From NCBI RefSeq assembly GCF_009914755.1, contig NC_060938.1: 64,000 bases of DNA; one strand, written 5' to 3'. The stretch comes from the human T2T-CHM13v2.0 reference genome, Homo sapiens. How positions within the stretch are numbered: the first letter of the stretch is position 1; each line of letters starts with the position of its first letter. The notes below the pieces were generated by a model, which saw only the letters and a program-made list of their open reading frames with translations, did not search any database and was not told the DNA's origin. A program made the position numbers and the translations under genes. Positions 25,050 to 42,860 of this stretch are shown in pieces.

Positions 25050-28010
25050 TTCCTAAGAGCCAGCGGGGGCCGCGGGGAGCGCCTCGTCCCCTGGGATGGG
25101 GGTCCTAAGAGCCAGGGGGGGAAGCGGGGCTGGCTCTTACTCCCCGCACCGCTGAGGGCGCCTCGCCCCCCTGCCATGAGGATCGTCATATCCAGGGTGG
25201 GATTGGGGGGTGATATTATTCCCCGAATCGCGGGGGGTGCCTCACCCCCCCGTCCATGTGGATCGTCATATCCAGGGTGGGAGTGGGGCATGATATTACT
25301 CCCAGAATCGCGGGGGGTGCCTCACCCCCCTGCTATGGGGATCGTCATGTCCAGGGTGGGAGTGGAAGGTGATATTACTCCCCGAATCGCGGGGCCCCCG
25401 CCCCCATGCGATGTGAATCGTAATATCCATGGGGGGAGAGGGCGGTGATATTACTCCCCGATTTTTCCTAGGATCCTTTCTAAACTGCCACCCTCCGTTT
25501 ACACCCTGCGACATTATCTTCCATATTGTAGCAACATGCAGCTGCTAAAGTCGCAGGGGGTGTACACCCTTCAATATTATTCGTAATTTTCTAGGGGAAA
25601 GTTAAACCTCATGTCACAGGACTCTGTACACTGTGATGTCATCCCAATATCCTAGCTTTATCTTAATAATAATGTCACATTGTGTGTACACCTTGTGGTG
25701 TTATTCTTATTCTCCTAAGGGGAGGTTGTTTTATTGTTACAGGGGATATTTTCCTTTTGATATTATTCGTAATGTCCTAGAGGGATGTCACCCGTTATGT
25801 CACAGGGTTTGTACACCTTGTCAAATTACTCGTATTATCCTCATAAGATGTCACTCCTCATATCACAGAGGGTGTACATTCTGTGACATTGTCGTCATAT
25901 TCTAGGGAAATGTCACTTTTAATGTCACAGAAGGTGCACACCTTCTGAAATTATTCGTTATAATTTTGTGGGGTGTTACCCCTAATGTCACACGGCGTGT
26001 ACACACAGTGATGTTACGTGCAATATGCTGTGGAAATGTTGCTCGTAATTCACAGGTCCTGTTCACCCTTTAATATTATTTGTACTCTTCTAGGAAAACG
26101 TTACTGCTAATGTCACAGGGCGTGTAGACCCTGTTATAAAATTCCTAATATCCCAGCGGGAGTTCACTACTAATTGCACAATGCGTGTAGACCCTTTGAT
26201 ATTATTCGTATTGTCCTGAAGAGATGTTACTACTGACGTCCCAATGCAGGTACATTCTCTGATCTTATTGGTTATATCCTCGGGGGGTGTTACTTCTAAT
26301 GTCACACAGGGTGTACTCCCTGTGTTCTATTTCGTAATATCCTAGGGCAATTTTACTCCGAATGACACAGGGGGTGTACACATTGTGATATTATTTGTGA
26401 TAGTCTAGAAAGATGGTACTCCTAATGTCACAGGGCTGTACACCCTGTGATAGTATTCATAATGTCCCAGGGGTCTATACTCCTATTGGCACAGACGATA
26501 ACACCCTGTGACTCTATTCGTAATATTCTAGTGAGATAATACTTCTCATGTCACAGAGGGTGTACACCCCATGTTATTATTCTTACTATTCTAGGGGGAT
26601 GTTACTCCTAATGTCACAGGGATGTACAACCTGTGATATTATTCATAGTGTACCTGAGGGATATTAGCACTAATGTCACAATGTGTGTACACCTTGTGAT
26701 ATTATTTGTCGTATCCTAATGCCACAGGGGGTGTGTTCCGTGTGATATTCTTCCTAGCATCCTAGACGGATATTGCTCCTAACGTCACAGGGTGTGTACA
26801 CCTTGTCACATCATTCACAATATCCTAAAACTACTTTATTCCTCCGGTCACAGAGGGTGTTCACCCTGTGATATTTTTCATCATAGCTTTGTGGGATGTT
26901 ACTCCTAAAGTCACACGGGGTGTACACAGAGTCACACAGTGATATGAGCTGTAATATTCTATAGACATGTTAATCGTAAATCACAGGGGCTGTACCTCCT
27001 GTGATATTATTCATAATATTCTAGGGGAATGTTGCTACTATTGTCACGGGGGTGTACACCCTGTGATGTGACTCGTCATATCCCAGCGGGATGTTACTAC
27101 TAATGTCACAATGCCTGTATACCCTGTGATATTATTTGTAATATCCTAAAGAGATGTTACTACTAAGGTCACAATGCATGTACACCCTCTGATATGATTC
27201 GTTATATCCTCGGGGGATGTTACTCCTAATGTCACATGGGGTGTACTCCCTGTCATATTATTCGTAATATCCAAGGGGGAGGTTATTTTTAATGTCACTG
27301 GGGGTGACATTACACATTAAAAATGCGTATTCAACACCTGTGATACTATCCCTAATATCCTAGGGGTATGCTCTTCCGAATGTCACATGGGGTGTACACC
27401 ATGTGTGTACACGTGCTGTGATATTATTCGTAATATCCTAGGGGAACGTTACTCCTGATGACACAGGCAGTGTACACCATGTGTGTACCCCTCCTGTGTT
27501 ATTATTCATAATATCCTAGGGGGATGTTTCTTTGAATGTCACAAAGAGTGTACAAAACATCACAGGAAGGGTACACGTTGTGACGTTATCTGTAATACCC
27601 TAGAAGGATGTTACTCCTAATATGTCACAGGGGTGTACACGCTTTGATGTTATTTATAATCTCCTAGAGAGATATTACTTCAAATATCACAGTGGATGTA
27701 CACACATAGTGTATACCCTGTGATGGTATTCATAATATCCTAGGGAGATACAACCCCTGATATCACAGTGCGTGTACCCCGTGTGTGTACACCCTTGATA
27801 TTAGTCGTACTATCCAGGGTAAATATTACTCCTCATATCACACAGTGTGCACACCCTGTGATATTTTTCATCCTACTTTAGGGAGATATTGCTTCTAATA
27901 TCACAGTGGGTGTACCCCATGTGTGTATACTCTGTGACAGTATATTTTATATCCTAGGGAGGTATTACTCCTAGTATCACAGTGGGTGTTCACCCTGTGA
28001 TATCATTCTT
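25050..28010 (-). repeat. SATR GC-rich block (25050-25460) followed by 63-bp type array
   Basis: Units GATATTATTCGTAATATCCTAGGGGGATGTTACTCCTAATGTCACAGGGGGTGTACACCCTGT. Confidence 0.9.
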
Positions 28011-28014
28011 ATTT

Positions 28015-29030
28015 CATCATGCAGCCTTTTTCGACCCACACTGCAAAAGGAATGGAACAGATAAGAAGGTATTGAGATTAGAACGTGCTGCCGTGCGGCC
28101 GCCGCAGGACACTTTTCATATCCCTGTTTCTCGGACTGTAGATGAAGGGGTTCATCATGGGGGTGACCACTGCGTACATCACTGAGGCCACTGCAGTCTT
28201 TCTCGGGGAAGATGACACATCTGAACTGAGGTACCCTCCAACGCCTGTTCCATAAAATCAGGAAACATCTGACAGGTGAGACCCATAGGTGGAGAAGGCT
28301 TTATACTTCCCACCTGATGATGAAACCCTCAGAATGGAGGAAACAATTTTATCGTAAGAGAAAAGTGTCCCCGAGATGGGAAGAAAACCAAATATGGCAT
28401 CAGGGAAATACAGGATTATGTTATTGTTGAAGGTGTCACAACATGCAAGATGGGGGAGTTGAGAAGGGTCACAGAAGAAATTAGGAATTTCCACATCCTT
28501 GAAGCAGGTCATTTGTAAGGCAATCAAATTGTACAGCTGGGCATCTAAAAGACTGAGGGAAAAAAAAAAGACAACAAAAGTAGAAAGCCACAGAAACACG
28601 GGTTCATGATGGCTGAATGATATAGAGGGTGACATTTGGCTACAAACTGGTCATAGGCCATCACACTCAGGAGTATGTCTGTCTTCCATGCCTCCAAAAA
28701 TGGCAAAGAGAGACATCTGAGTCAGGCAGCCTGCATAGGAGATGACTCTGCTGTGAGATTGGATGTCCACAGTCATCTTGGGGACTGTGGTGGAGGTGAA
28801 ACTGATGTCAGGCAAGGACAGGTTGGAGAGGAAGAAGTACATGGGGGTGTGGAGGTGGGAGTCAGGGCTGATGGCCAGGATGATGAGCAGGTTCCCCAGC
28901 GCCATGACCAGGCACGTGGACAGGAACAGCCCAGTGAGGACCGGCTGCCGTTCTGGATCCTCTGAGCTTCTAGGAGGAGGAATATAGAGACATCTGTTAG
29001 ATTCTGTGGGTCTCTAGAGATTGGACACCT
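28015..29030 (-). pseudogene. OR7E: Olfactory receptor family 7E pseudogene (copy B, divergent from A)
   Basis: [67 protein letters not shown] spread over several frames; multiple frameshifts; TGA at 28258-28260. Confidence 0.95.
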
Positions 29031-29710
29031 TTTGCCTAGAAAAGAGGGTTGAGAAATTGGAAACAAGTAAAGCAACACCCAGCATCATGTCTGCATTTTG
29101 CATAGAAGCAATTCACAAGTCATGTTTTCAGATTTCAGAGCAATCCACACTCAGCAATAGTTTGCAGTGCTGACAAACTCAGTTGTCTTCTAATGCTTTC
29201 ATCATTGATTTCTGTGTTCTTCACTTCTTGCTCTACACACCTGCCTTAGAGACACTAGATTCAAGAATCTTCCAAGAACCAAATCATCCTATATAAGAAG
29301 TTCGTCATTGCTAGAAAATACAGCCTATCTTTTCCGAAGAAAACGATGTAATGAAACCATTCTCTTCACTTTAAGAAAAAGGTTATCCTAATGAAAGGAA
29401 ATTAAGAACTCAAATATTTTATTTTATTCGAATAGATTGATACAAATTCCCTTGATTTAGAACATCTGTAAACACTGTATAACTGCTGAGACCATGCCAT
29501 CTGGAAATGAAATTAAAGTTGATGGTTCATAAGCAGAAAATAGTTCCACAGGCCAGGTGGGTCCCAGTGATTTCATCATTACGTTTTCTGACTTTTCTCC
29601 TTCAAGAGAGTAATTGCTTCCTCAAATCAGTGGGTCTTGTTTTAAAATTCATGGAAGCTATAACTCCTATCCTTAGCTTAGGTGGACTTAGAGTTTTCAT
29701 CAGAACGTTT

Positions 29711-30012
<302 letters not shown>

Positions 30013-30544
30013 CACACGCTCTGTCACACTGACGTCACACTGATGACAGCCAATTTTTGTGAACCAAGGAAGTGTCAATTCAATAATCAGCATAGATGTT
30101 TACTTTGGCTATCTCCTATGTGCCAAGCAAGATATAGGCTCTGGGGAATCAGAAACAAAAGAGACTCAATTGTTCCTCTCACAATACTCAGTACTTACTG
30201 AGATAAGGACAAAATAAGATGTCCTGTCTGGAATGCAGGGACACAAGAACTTCAGGTCAGGGGATATTTCCGTTGAACCGTTTGGAGTTTAAGCTGAAAA
30301 TATTAACGAATGTATCTAAAGTTCACTTTGCCTTGACTTTATGCATCCATCACATAGAGATCACGCAGCGGGCACCCACTATGGGTTTCATCATCGCTCA
30401 CTTCCCTTGGATCAACTAGAAATCAACTCAGATGAGAGTGCTGAGTCTCAGAGGATGGACGTCTCACTCCTTGCCATACAGATAAGTAGAAAGGGTGGTA
30501 TTGAAATTAATGGCCAGACTCTAAGTCCCGGGCACTATACTTGA

Positions 30545-30870
<326 letters not shown>

Positions 30871-31264
30871 TCAAAAGTTTTCAACAGAGCTCAGAGGTCT
30901 TAACCACAGGCACATCCGAGGAGCATTTTTGAAATGGTTTCCAGCTTCCTCAATAGGAATGGAAGCCAAACCCGGAACTGATGGCTCCTTGGAGGAAGTC
31001 GAGAGCTGTAAGGAAAGCCAGGAACAGGGGCAAGGGAGAGATGCATCCCGAATGATCCTGTGCCAATTCTTTCTGGAATCTTTGATGTGATCTCCGCTGC
31101 CCTTTCCATACTTGACACAGTGATTGTGGCACCCACTGGTCTAGCTGTGGTCTACAAGGAACCCCCAAAGGGAAGGGCACAGTGAGCAGGGGCATCGGCC
31201 TGAGTGACAAGGATAGGAGGGGGCAGGTTGGATGCAGGGAGAGGACTGGCCAAATGCCATGTGT

Positions 31265-31475
31265 CTGGCTTAGACTACCTTGTTCAAATTGGGCTTCACC
31301 ATTTTTGACTTCGTGATCTGGTACAAGTTATATGAAAATGTGTTGCTCCTTTTCTAGTCTGTAAAATCATAAGGAAATGTGCACTAATAACTGGGAGACT
31401 ATGCAGATGAAATGAAACAAGCTGCATAGAACACAGAGCTCAGAGCCTGGCCTTTAGGAAGCCCTCAGTAAGGGT
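31265..31475 (+). mobile_element. MIR
   Basis: GTTCAAATTGGGCTTCACC...GTACAAGTTA...GTCTGTAAAAT core-like sequence. Confidence 0.5.
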
Positions 31476-32224
31476 TCATGATGCCATGGTGTCTGTCATC
31501 ATCCTCTTTATCCTCATCATCACCTTCATCATCTTTTTGTTGTTCTGAGGGCATACTTTAGAGGGACTCATTCCCTGCTCTCATGGGTGAGATGTCTATG
31601 AAAAGGACAACCAGTGGGGGAGGGAAGCAAAATTTTGAAGAAGATTCCTGAGAGAGATCCCCCACCACAACCAAGAACAGAAACTCCACAGTCTGCTGAG
31701 CTGACAGTTTGCACATTGGTCTCCTCCCATCTGCCCACGGCACTCTCCCGTTTGTCCTGAAGATGAGGAAACAAACAAGGCTCCCGACCGTCCCTCAGCA
31801 CTCACTGAACGGCCCTTCCCCTCTGCTGGGCCATGACCACGGAGAACAGGTCCACTGTCCTCCCTGAGTGGTGCACATGGGAGGCTCAGACTCCGTCCTC
31901 AAGGCTGGTAAGAAGACAGGGTGAGACATGAGCCTCCTGATACAGGTGACGGGTGTGGAGCCCACAGGACTGCAACCTCACACTGCAGGGCTGGAGGCAC
32001 AGACTGAGTATTTCCTATTCTATGGCCTGGGGGGCTCAAGGCACAGAGCTCCTCATTAGCCAGAGTCGCCCATGTTCCCCATGCTCTAAGGATTTCCTCA
32101 TCATCATGCAAGAAGAAGAATAGAAAAGTAAGTGTCCATAGAAGCTTTGGGGCTCTTCCTCTAATCAGGAGAGAGCTTGTGTGTATTATTTGCTTTTTTC
32201 TTTTACAAGATCCAAGTGCTTTAA

Positions 32225-34890
<2,666 letters not shown>

Positions 34891-34904
34891 TGTGTGTAGG
34901 TGTG

Positions 34905-35186
34905 TGATGGAGTCTCTTTCTGTTGCCCAGGTTGGAGTATACAGGCACAATCTGGGCTCACTGCAATCTCCGCCTCCCAAGTTCAAGCGCTTCTTGGGCC
35001 TCAGCCCTCCGAGAAGCTGAGACTACAGGCACGCGTCACCACGCCCGGCTAATTATTTGTGTTTTCAGTAGAGACAGGGTTTCACCATGTTGGCGAGGCA
35101 GGTCTCAAACTCCTGGCCTCAAGTGATCCGTGCGACTCGGCCTCCCAAAGTGCTGGGATTACAGGCCTGAGCCACCACACCTGGCC
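34905..35186 (-). mobile_element. Alu, inverted paralog of 24538-24815
   Basis: Shares private variants such as GCGCTTCTTGGGCCTCAGCCCTCCGA and GATCCGTGCGACTCGG. Confidence 0.9.
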
Positions 35187-35556
35187 AAGATTTTCTTTTT
35201 TGTTCCTACATAGAAGTGAGGATATGAAATATTTGTCATTCTGTGCCTGGCTTATTTCATTTAATATACAGACCTGCAATCTCATCCATTTTGTCTGCAG
35301 CGGAGAGGATTTTCTTCCTTTTTAGGCTGAATAATACTTCATTGTGTGTGTATACCACAGTTACTCAATTGAAACAAATTTCTAAAAAACAAATATTTTT
35401 AACATGTCTCGGAAGGTGAAACTTGAGGGATACTGTGCCCATTTTATTCTTTTCTATTTCCCGTCTTATGTATACGCAAGTGTATAACAAAGCGGCAATC
35501 AAAGCGTGTATAAATCTATAATTTCAACAAATGTAAAATGAAAATTCTAAGTGGTG

Positions 35557-35910
<354 letters not shown>

Positions 35911-36769
35911 CTAAATGGTAAGAAACAACAGCATAATAAACATTTGTATGGTGTTGATGGACAATGCATTTGAAGATAATATTTGAAGAAATCATATTAC
36001 AATTAACTTCTGTTCTTACTCATTGGAGCTTGATGCCTCTGAAAACTTCGTCACTGCAACCACCTCTTGTACTTAAAAAAAAAAAAAAAAAATCCACATA
36101 CTCACACAGGTGCAAGGAAATCAGAATCTCAGGTATTGAGACCTAGGCCTCATCATTTGTAAGCTCGCCAGGTGATTTGACTCAAAGCCAAGATTGAGGA
36201 CCGGTGACATGGATCTTACACATAACCTGCCTAAATAGATTCTCTAGAAGCAGTTTATAAAGAAATTCCGCATGAACTGTGGAAGAGGATATGAATTTGA
36301 TGTACAGTATGTCCTCACTTAACATCTTTGAAAGTCTCTTGGAAACTTCACCTTGAAGCAAAATTAGGTTAAGTGAAACCACTTATTCCTCACCAACATT
36401 ATAACTACACAACTTTGAACGCACAAATGGTGTTGGAGGACCTGCTGTACATTGTTTCCATAAAGTCAATTTTCAGGGAATTCCAAAATGAAGTGAGGAC
36501 TTCACGTATATAAAAAGATGGTTGTGATTCCACCTGGATGACAGGGTTATTGCTCAGAAACTAAAGGAGGCCGCCTAGGTATAGAGGATTCAGTCATGAG
36601 GTTTCTGCTAAACAAAGGATCCCAGAATACTCACCCATTCCAGTTAAAGGCATAACGAAGAAAGCAATATTCACAAAGGAAATGCGGAAAGGAATAAAAG
36701 CCATCACGCCACAAAAATAATGTGACTAAGGGGCAGGATTTGCAGATGTAGGTATGTAATGTGGTTGCC

Positions 36770-37076
36770 CTTTCTTACCCACACAAGAAAAAGGATGCAA
36801 GAGATCATGAGATTCGACTGTTCTGCTGCGCAGCCTCCGCAGGGCGCTTTGAATGTCCCTGTTTCTCTGGCTGTAGATGAAAAGGTTCAGCATGGGGGTG
36901 ACCACAGCGTACATCACTGACGCCACGACACCATTCCTGGGGGGTGCTGCCACAGCTGAAGTCAGGTACACGCCAATGTCTGTCCATAAAATAAGCAAAC
37001 AACTGCCAGGTGAGAGCCACAGGTAGCGAAGGCTTTATACTTCCCATCTGACGATGAAATCCTTAGAATGGAGGGG
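36770..37076 (-). pseudogene. OR7E: OR7E 3' fragment (copy C; TM6-TM7 and C-terminus only)
   Basis: [30 protein letters not shown], then a 1-bp deletion, then [34 protein letters not shown]; 5' two-thirds replaced by satellite. Confidence 0.92.
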
Positions 37077-39692
37077 CGCCCGCCCCACTGCGATGTGGAT
37101 CGTCATATCCAGGGGGGAGAGGGGGGTGATATGACTCCCCGCATCGCGGGGGCCTCACCCCCTTGTGATGGGGGTCCTAAGAGCCAGGGGGGGATAGGAG
37201 CTGGCTCTTACGCCTCGTACTGAGGGGCGGGGGGGGCTCACCGCCCTGTGATGGGGCTCCTAAGAGCCAGGGGGGGAAAGGGGCTGGCTCTTACTCCCCG
37301 TATCGCAGGAGGTATGTACAACCCCTGCGATAATGGGAGTAATATCATCCTCTCCCCCTGAATATAAGAAACAATATCACAGGAGGATGTACACCCCCTG
37401 AGATATTGGAAGTAACATCATTTTCTCCCCCTCGGGATATTCGGAACAATATCACAGTGGGTGTGTACAGCCCCTGCGACATTGCTGCTAGTATCTTCCT
37501 CTCCCTCCCAGGATATAAGGAAGAATGTCACAAGGGAGTGTACACCCCCTGCGATATTGGCTGTAATATCTTCCTCTCCCTCGCTGCCCTTTAGGAGCAA
37601 TGTCACACAAGGGGTGTACACCCCCTGCTATATTGGGAGTGATATCATCCTCTCCGTCTCTGGATATTAGGAACAATATCCCTAGGGAGTGTACACCTCC
37701 TGCAGTATTCAGACTAATATCATCCTCTCGCCGCCTGGAGATTAGGATCAATATCACAAGGGTGGTGTGCACCCCCGGCGAAATTGGAAGAAATATCATC
37801 CTCTCCACCTTTGGATGTTAGGGACGGTATCACGGGGAGGTCTCCACCCCCTGTGATATTGGGAGTCCTATCATCCGCTCCCACCCAGGATATTAGGAAC
37901 AAGATGACCGAAGGGATGTACACCCACTGCGCTATTTTCAATAATGTCATCCTCTACCCCCTGACTATTAGGAGTAACATCGTAGAGGGGTGTACACTTT
38001 CTGCGATATTGGGAGTACTATCCTCTCCCCTACGGATATCGGGAAGTTATAGTAATTATTAATATTAATAAATATAATAACAATTAATAGTAATCACCGA
38101 TATTAATAATTACAGTAGAGACAGTAAAACTTAGTAAGGATGAAAAATATTAACGGTTACTATTAATAATTAATAGCAATATCACTATTAATAATAAAAT
38201 AATGATATCACTAATGTTACTTCAATCAATCATAATTGATGTTGGTAATAAAACAATAATTACTATTAAGATTAATAACTAATATTAAAAGTGACATTAA
38301 TATTAATATTTAATTTTAATCATGCATAATCATATCTTGAAAATAATCATTAATGATTAATAATGTTATACTGTTAATTAATATTACCATTGACAATTAT
38401 TAATAAGACCGATGTTTAATAATTCATAATATTACTGCTAATACCGCAGGGGGTGTACACCTACCTGTGATATTTTTCCTAATATCCAGGGATGGAGAGC
38501 ATGATATTAGTTTTCATATCGCAGTAGGTGTACACTCACCCTGTGACACCGATCCTAATATCCAGGGAGTAGAGTATGACATGACTCCCAACATAGCAAT
38601 GAATGTACAGCCACCCGGTGATATTGCTCCTAATATTCACGGAAGAAGCGTATGATATTACTCCCAATATCACAGGGAGTGTACACCTCTTCTGTGATAT
38701 TGTTCCTAGTATCCCGAGGGAGAGAGGATAATTCCAGCATCGCAGGCTGTGTTCACTCACCCTGTGATATTGTTATTAATATCCTCAAAGGGAGAGGATG
38801 ATATTACTCCCCATAATAGATAGATATTACTCCCCATAATAGAGCAGGAGGTGTACACCCACCCTGTGATATTCTTCCTAATATTCAGAGGCCAAGAGGT
38901 TGATATTACTCCCAATATCGCAGGAAGTGTACAACCCTGTGTGAGATGGTCCTTAATAATATTCCAAGGCGGAGAGGGTGATCTTACTTCATATATCGCA
39001 GAAAGTGTACGACCCCCAGGGATATTGTTCCCATGATCCTGGAGGGAAGAGGATGATATTACTTTAAATATCACAGAAGGTGGACACGCCCCCACTGATA
39101 TTGTTTCTAATTTCCGCGTGGGAGAGGATATGACACCCAATATCGCAGGGAGTAGAAACACCCCTGTGATACTGTTCTTCATATTCAGGGAGAAAGAGGA
39201 TGATATTACTCCCAATGCAGACGGGTGTACACCCGTCTGTGAAATACTTCATAATTTCCAGAGGGGGAGATGATATTACTCACAATATCGTAAACAGGCT
39301 GTGGGTCCACCGTGGATCGTAAAAACCAGGGGCGACGAGGGCGTGGCTCTTACTCCCCACATCGCGGGGGGGCCTCATCCCCCTGCCATCTGGGTCATGA
39401 GAGCCAGGGGCGGCGAGGGCGTGGCTTTTACTCCCCACACCGCAGGGAGTGCCTCACCCCTCTGCCATGTGCGTCTTGAGAGCCAGGGGGGGCGAGGGGG
39501 TGGCTCTTACTCCCCACATCGCGAGGGGCGACTCACCCCCCTGCCATGTGGTTCATGAGAGCCATGGGGGGCAAGGGGGTGGCTCTTACTCCCCACATCG
39601 CGGGGGGTGACTCACCCCCCTGCCATGTGGAACGTAAGAGCCGGGGGGGGGGCGAGGGGGTGGCTCTTACTCCCCACATCGCGGGGTGCCTT
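37076..39692. repeat. SATR array: GC block- 37076-37315, 76-bp+ 37316-38045, AT spacer 38046-38425, 76-bp- 38426-39300, GC block- 39301-39692
   Basis: Direct paralog of 6524-8700 and inverted paralog of 9830-12055. Confidence 0.9.
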
Positions 39693-39698
39693 ACCTGT

Positions 39699-40001
39699 AC
39701 TCTTCATTCTGACCTCAGCTCCACCTCCCCTCCCCAGAAAGTTCTTCCATGACCACTCATTCCAAAATTGGTTCTCCACTGTGTCTCTATCACAGAACCC
39801 TGTTTATTTGTTAATACCAGCAATCACAACTCTGATTCACTAATTCACTTATTGATTATTCTTTGCCTGCGTCCTATACCATAATGTGGACCTGTGAAGG
39901 TGAGACCCTTGTCCATCTAGCTTAATCTAGCTTAACATACGCTAGCACTTACGGCAGGTCCTTGGCTCAGCAGGCACTCAATGAATTGGGGTCGAATGAA
40001 T
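39699..40001 (+). mobile_element. L2 3' fragment
   Basis: CTCAGCTCCACCTCC...TCTCTATCACAGAACCCTGTTTA...CAGGCACTCAATGAA...GAATGAAT. Confidence 0.7.
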
Positions 40002-40683
40002 ACAGTAACACTGGATCATTAGAAAAGGAGAGAAAACTTCCTCAACGCTAAAATGCACTTTTTATCGATTCTGGAAGGGGGCTGCATCTTCCATTGGATA
40101 TGGATATTTAATGTCATATTTCATTCCCACTCCTCTCTGAAAAGTTCCTAGTACATCGAGGTGCTCATGTGGTAGATTGTGTCTTAGCACCAAGGAAGGA
40201 CAACAAGCAAGGATTATCCTGGGAAGGGAGCTTAACTACCTCTAAATCCAGGATGCTTTTTCTGAGCAATGAGGAGGATGGAGGCACATCAAAGGGGACA
40301 GAATAAGGAAACCAGTGCTCAGAAATGATGAGAAGGAACGTGGAGTAGGAAGGCATCCGGAGATGGCAGGCCAGCCTGCAATGGTCTTCATCCTGCACAG
40401 AGCAGTACGAATTTTCCTTCCTCCCAGCTTGGGAGTGGATGGGGCCAGGAGTAGCTGCCTCACTTCAGGTGTTCCAGCAAGCATGCATTCAATGGCCTAC
40501 AGGCCTGAGGTAGCAGGGTACGTAGGCCTAATCCCATCTGCCTGCTTGAGTCTCAGGTATTGCACAAAACCAAAGTCTGTGCTTAGCGACTGCCCCCAGG
40601 TTTGAGCAACTGCTTAAAGCATTATCTGCTCAAAGTACAGCAGTGCACCACCAACGTCAGGACCTCTCAAAGAGCTTGCATAA

Positions 40684-41078
<395 letters not shown>

Positions 41079-42684
41079 AAATCTGCTTTTTAATCAGCTC
41101 CCTGCTTCGCGGGATTCTTAGGTGAGTGGTTCTCAAACCTAATAAGTTGAAGTGGGGGATGACTCATTCAGGAGGCTCATTCTCCTCCGCTGCGCCTCCT
41201 CCAGCCCTCTTAAATGTTGTCTCTTCATCTTTCTTCGTACCTTCGGTTTATCACACTCCAGGCAGCTTCTGGTGTGCCTGCCCCTGTCCATTACAGAGGA
41301 GAAAGGAATCCACAGGCCCCTGCTGGGCGAGCTTGGGTGAGTCTGGGGGAGCTCCAGACGTGCCCCGGAGGGCCTGGGAGGAACTAGGTCAGATCTCTCC
41401 TTTGGGGACCTACTGCCTGTTCCTAACTGCAGCCTGACCTCTGGTGGTCAGAAGGGAGTCGTTTGGTAGGAAGAACCCAGAAAGTTTGGCTTTTTGCAAT
41501 TGGGGGCTTGTGGGAGGAGGAAATTTAATCCTTACAAACTCCATCTCTGCTTGCAGAGGCTCCTTTGCTAAGCCTGGGGTTATTTGAGGAGGGGGTGGTG
41601 TGCAGTTTATGGCTCTTCCAAGTTCCTTGTTTTGCCTCCGTGGCACGCTGATCTTGACAGCTCCCCTGTACCTGAACGTTTGTGGGAACATTTTAGCTGC
41701 ATTGCTGCCTTTCATCTGAGGGGGCAGAGGAGAGAGAGAGAGATGGGCAAGGAAGGAGATGTTGGGTCTTTTCATGTTTTTAAAGGTTTTCTTTTTTTTT
41801 AAAGGTGGGGTGGCCAAGGTTGAAAAGCCTAGCAAGCAGACACAGCTCTGGAAGGTGTGCCTGTGGCCTCCATTATTCATGTCTTGACCTTCTCTCAGCG
41901 GCCAAGCGCCCACTCTGCCTCTCACTTGGCTGGGGCACCTGAAACCGCTGAGGCCTGAGAGCGCTGGCTCCATGGCTGCAGCAGCCCTTTCTCTGCCCCA
42001 CCAGGCCCAGGTGTGGCTTTTCTGGCATCCAGATCCTTAACCTGGTCAACGTGCTAAAGCTCAGTCACACACAGGATGAAAGTGGCCATAAAAACACTTA
42101 GAGAAGCCTCTCTGGCAATAAATCGCCCTCTCCTTTCCTTTTTAATTCTTAGGAATTAATTAACTTAATTATTAGCTAATTAATTAGTAGTTAATTAGTC
42201 AATTAACTAGCAGAACTAGATCACCTGACTTCCATGATAAACAATAATGTGCTTTTGCATTTCCAGAACCAAAATATAGTGCCCAATTCAAGGAACTGTT
42301 ACTCTTTAGTAATCACAAATAGTGTAACAATGTTGGTAAACAGAGACGTTAAGGCTGGACCAAGAAAGGTAGTGCGGTAGAATGGGAAGTGCACAGTCTG
42401 GCAGTTGGAAGCTGGAGCTATGGTTGGGTTGACTGGGCAATTGATTTATTCAGTCATTTAACAAACTTGACTGAGAGCCCTTGATGAAGCAGGCATTGCA
42501 CTGAATGCCAGGAAGACCAAGAAAAGCAAGACATATGACCCCTACCCCCAAGTTATTTTCAGTCTTGTGGGAGGCAATCAAAAGACGTATAAACTGTTTA
42601 GACCATGAAATCTGTCTGGCATATTTAGCTCCTCGATTTGCTGCATGGTCTTCATCATTGTCAATCTCCTTCAGAGAATGCATG

Positions 42685-42860
42685 GAATCTCATTTCGTTC
42701 TCGCAATAATCCTATGAGGGAGGTCTTATCATCCCCTTTTATAAGGAAACTGAGTCCTTAGAAAGATCAGAGAGTTTGCCCAAGGCCAAATGGCCAGTAA
42801 GTGGTGGAGCTGGCACTGCAATCTAAGTCAGCCTGACTCCAGAGCCTGTGCTGGTGGCCA
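42685..42860 (-). mobile_element. MIR
   Basis: CAATAATCCTATGAGG...GGAAACTGAG...TTGCCCAAGGCCA...GTAAGTGGTGGAGCTGG. Confidence 0.75.
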
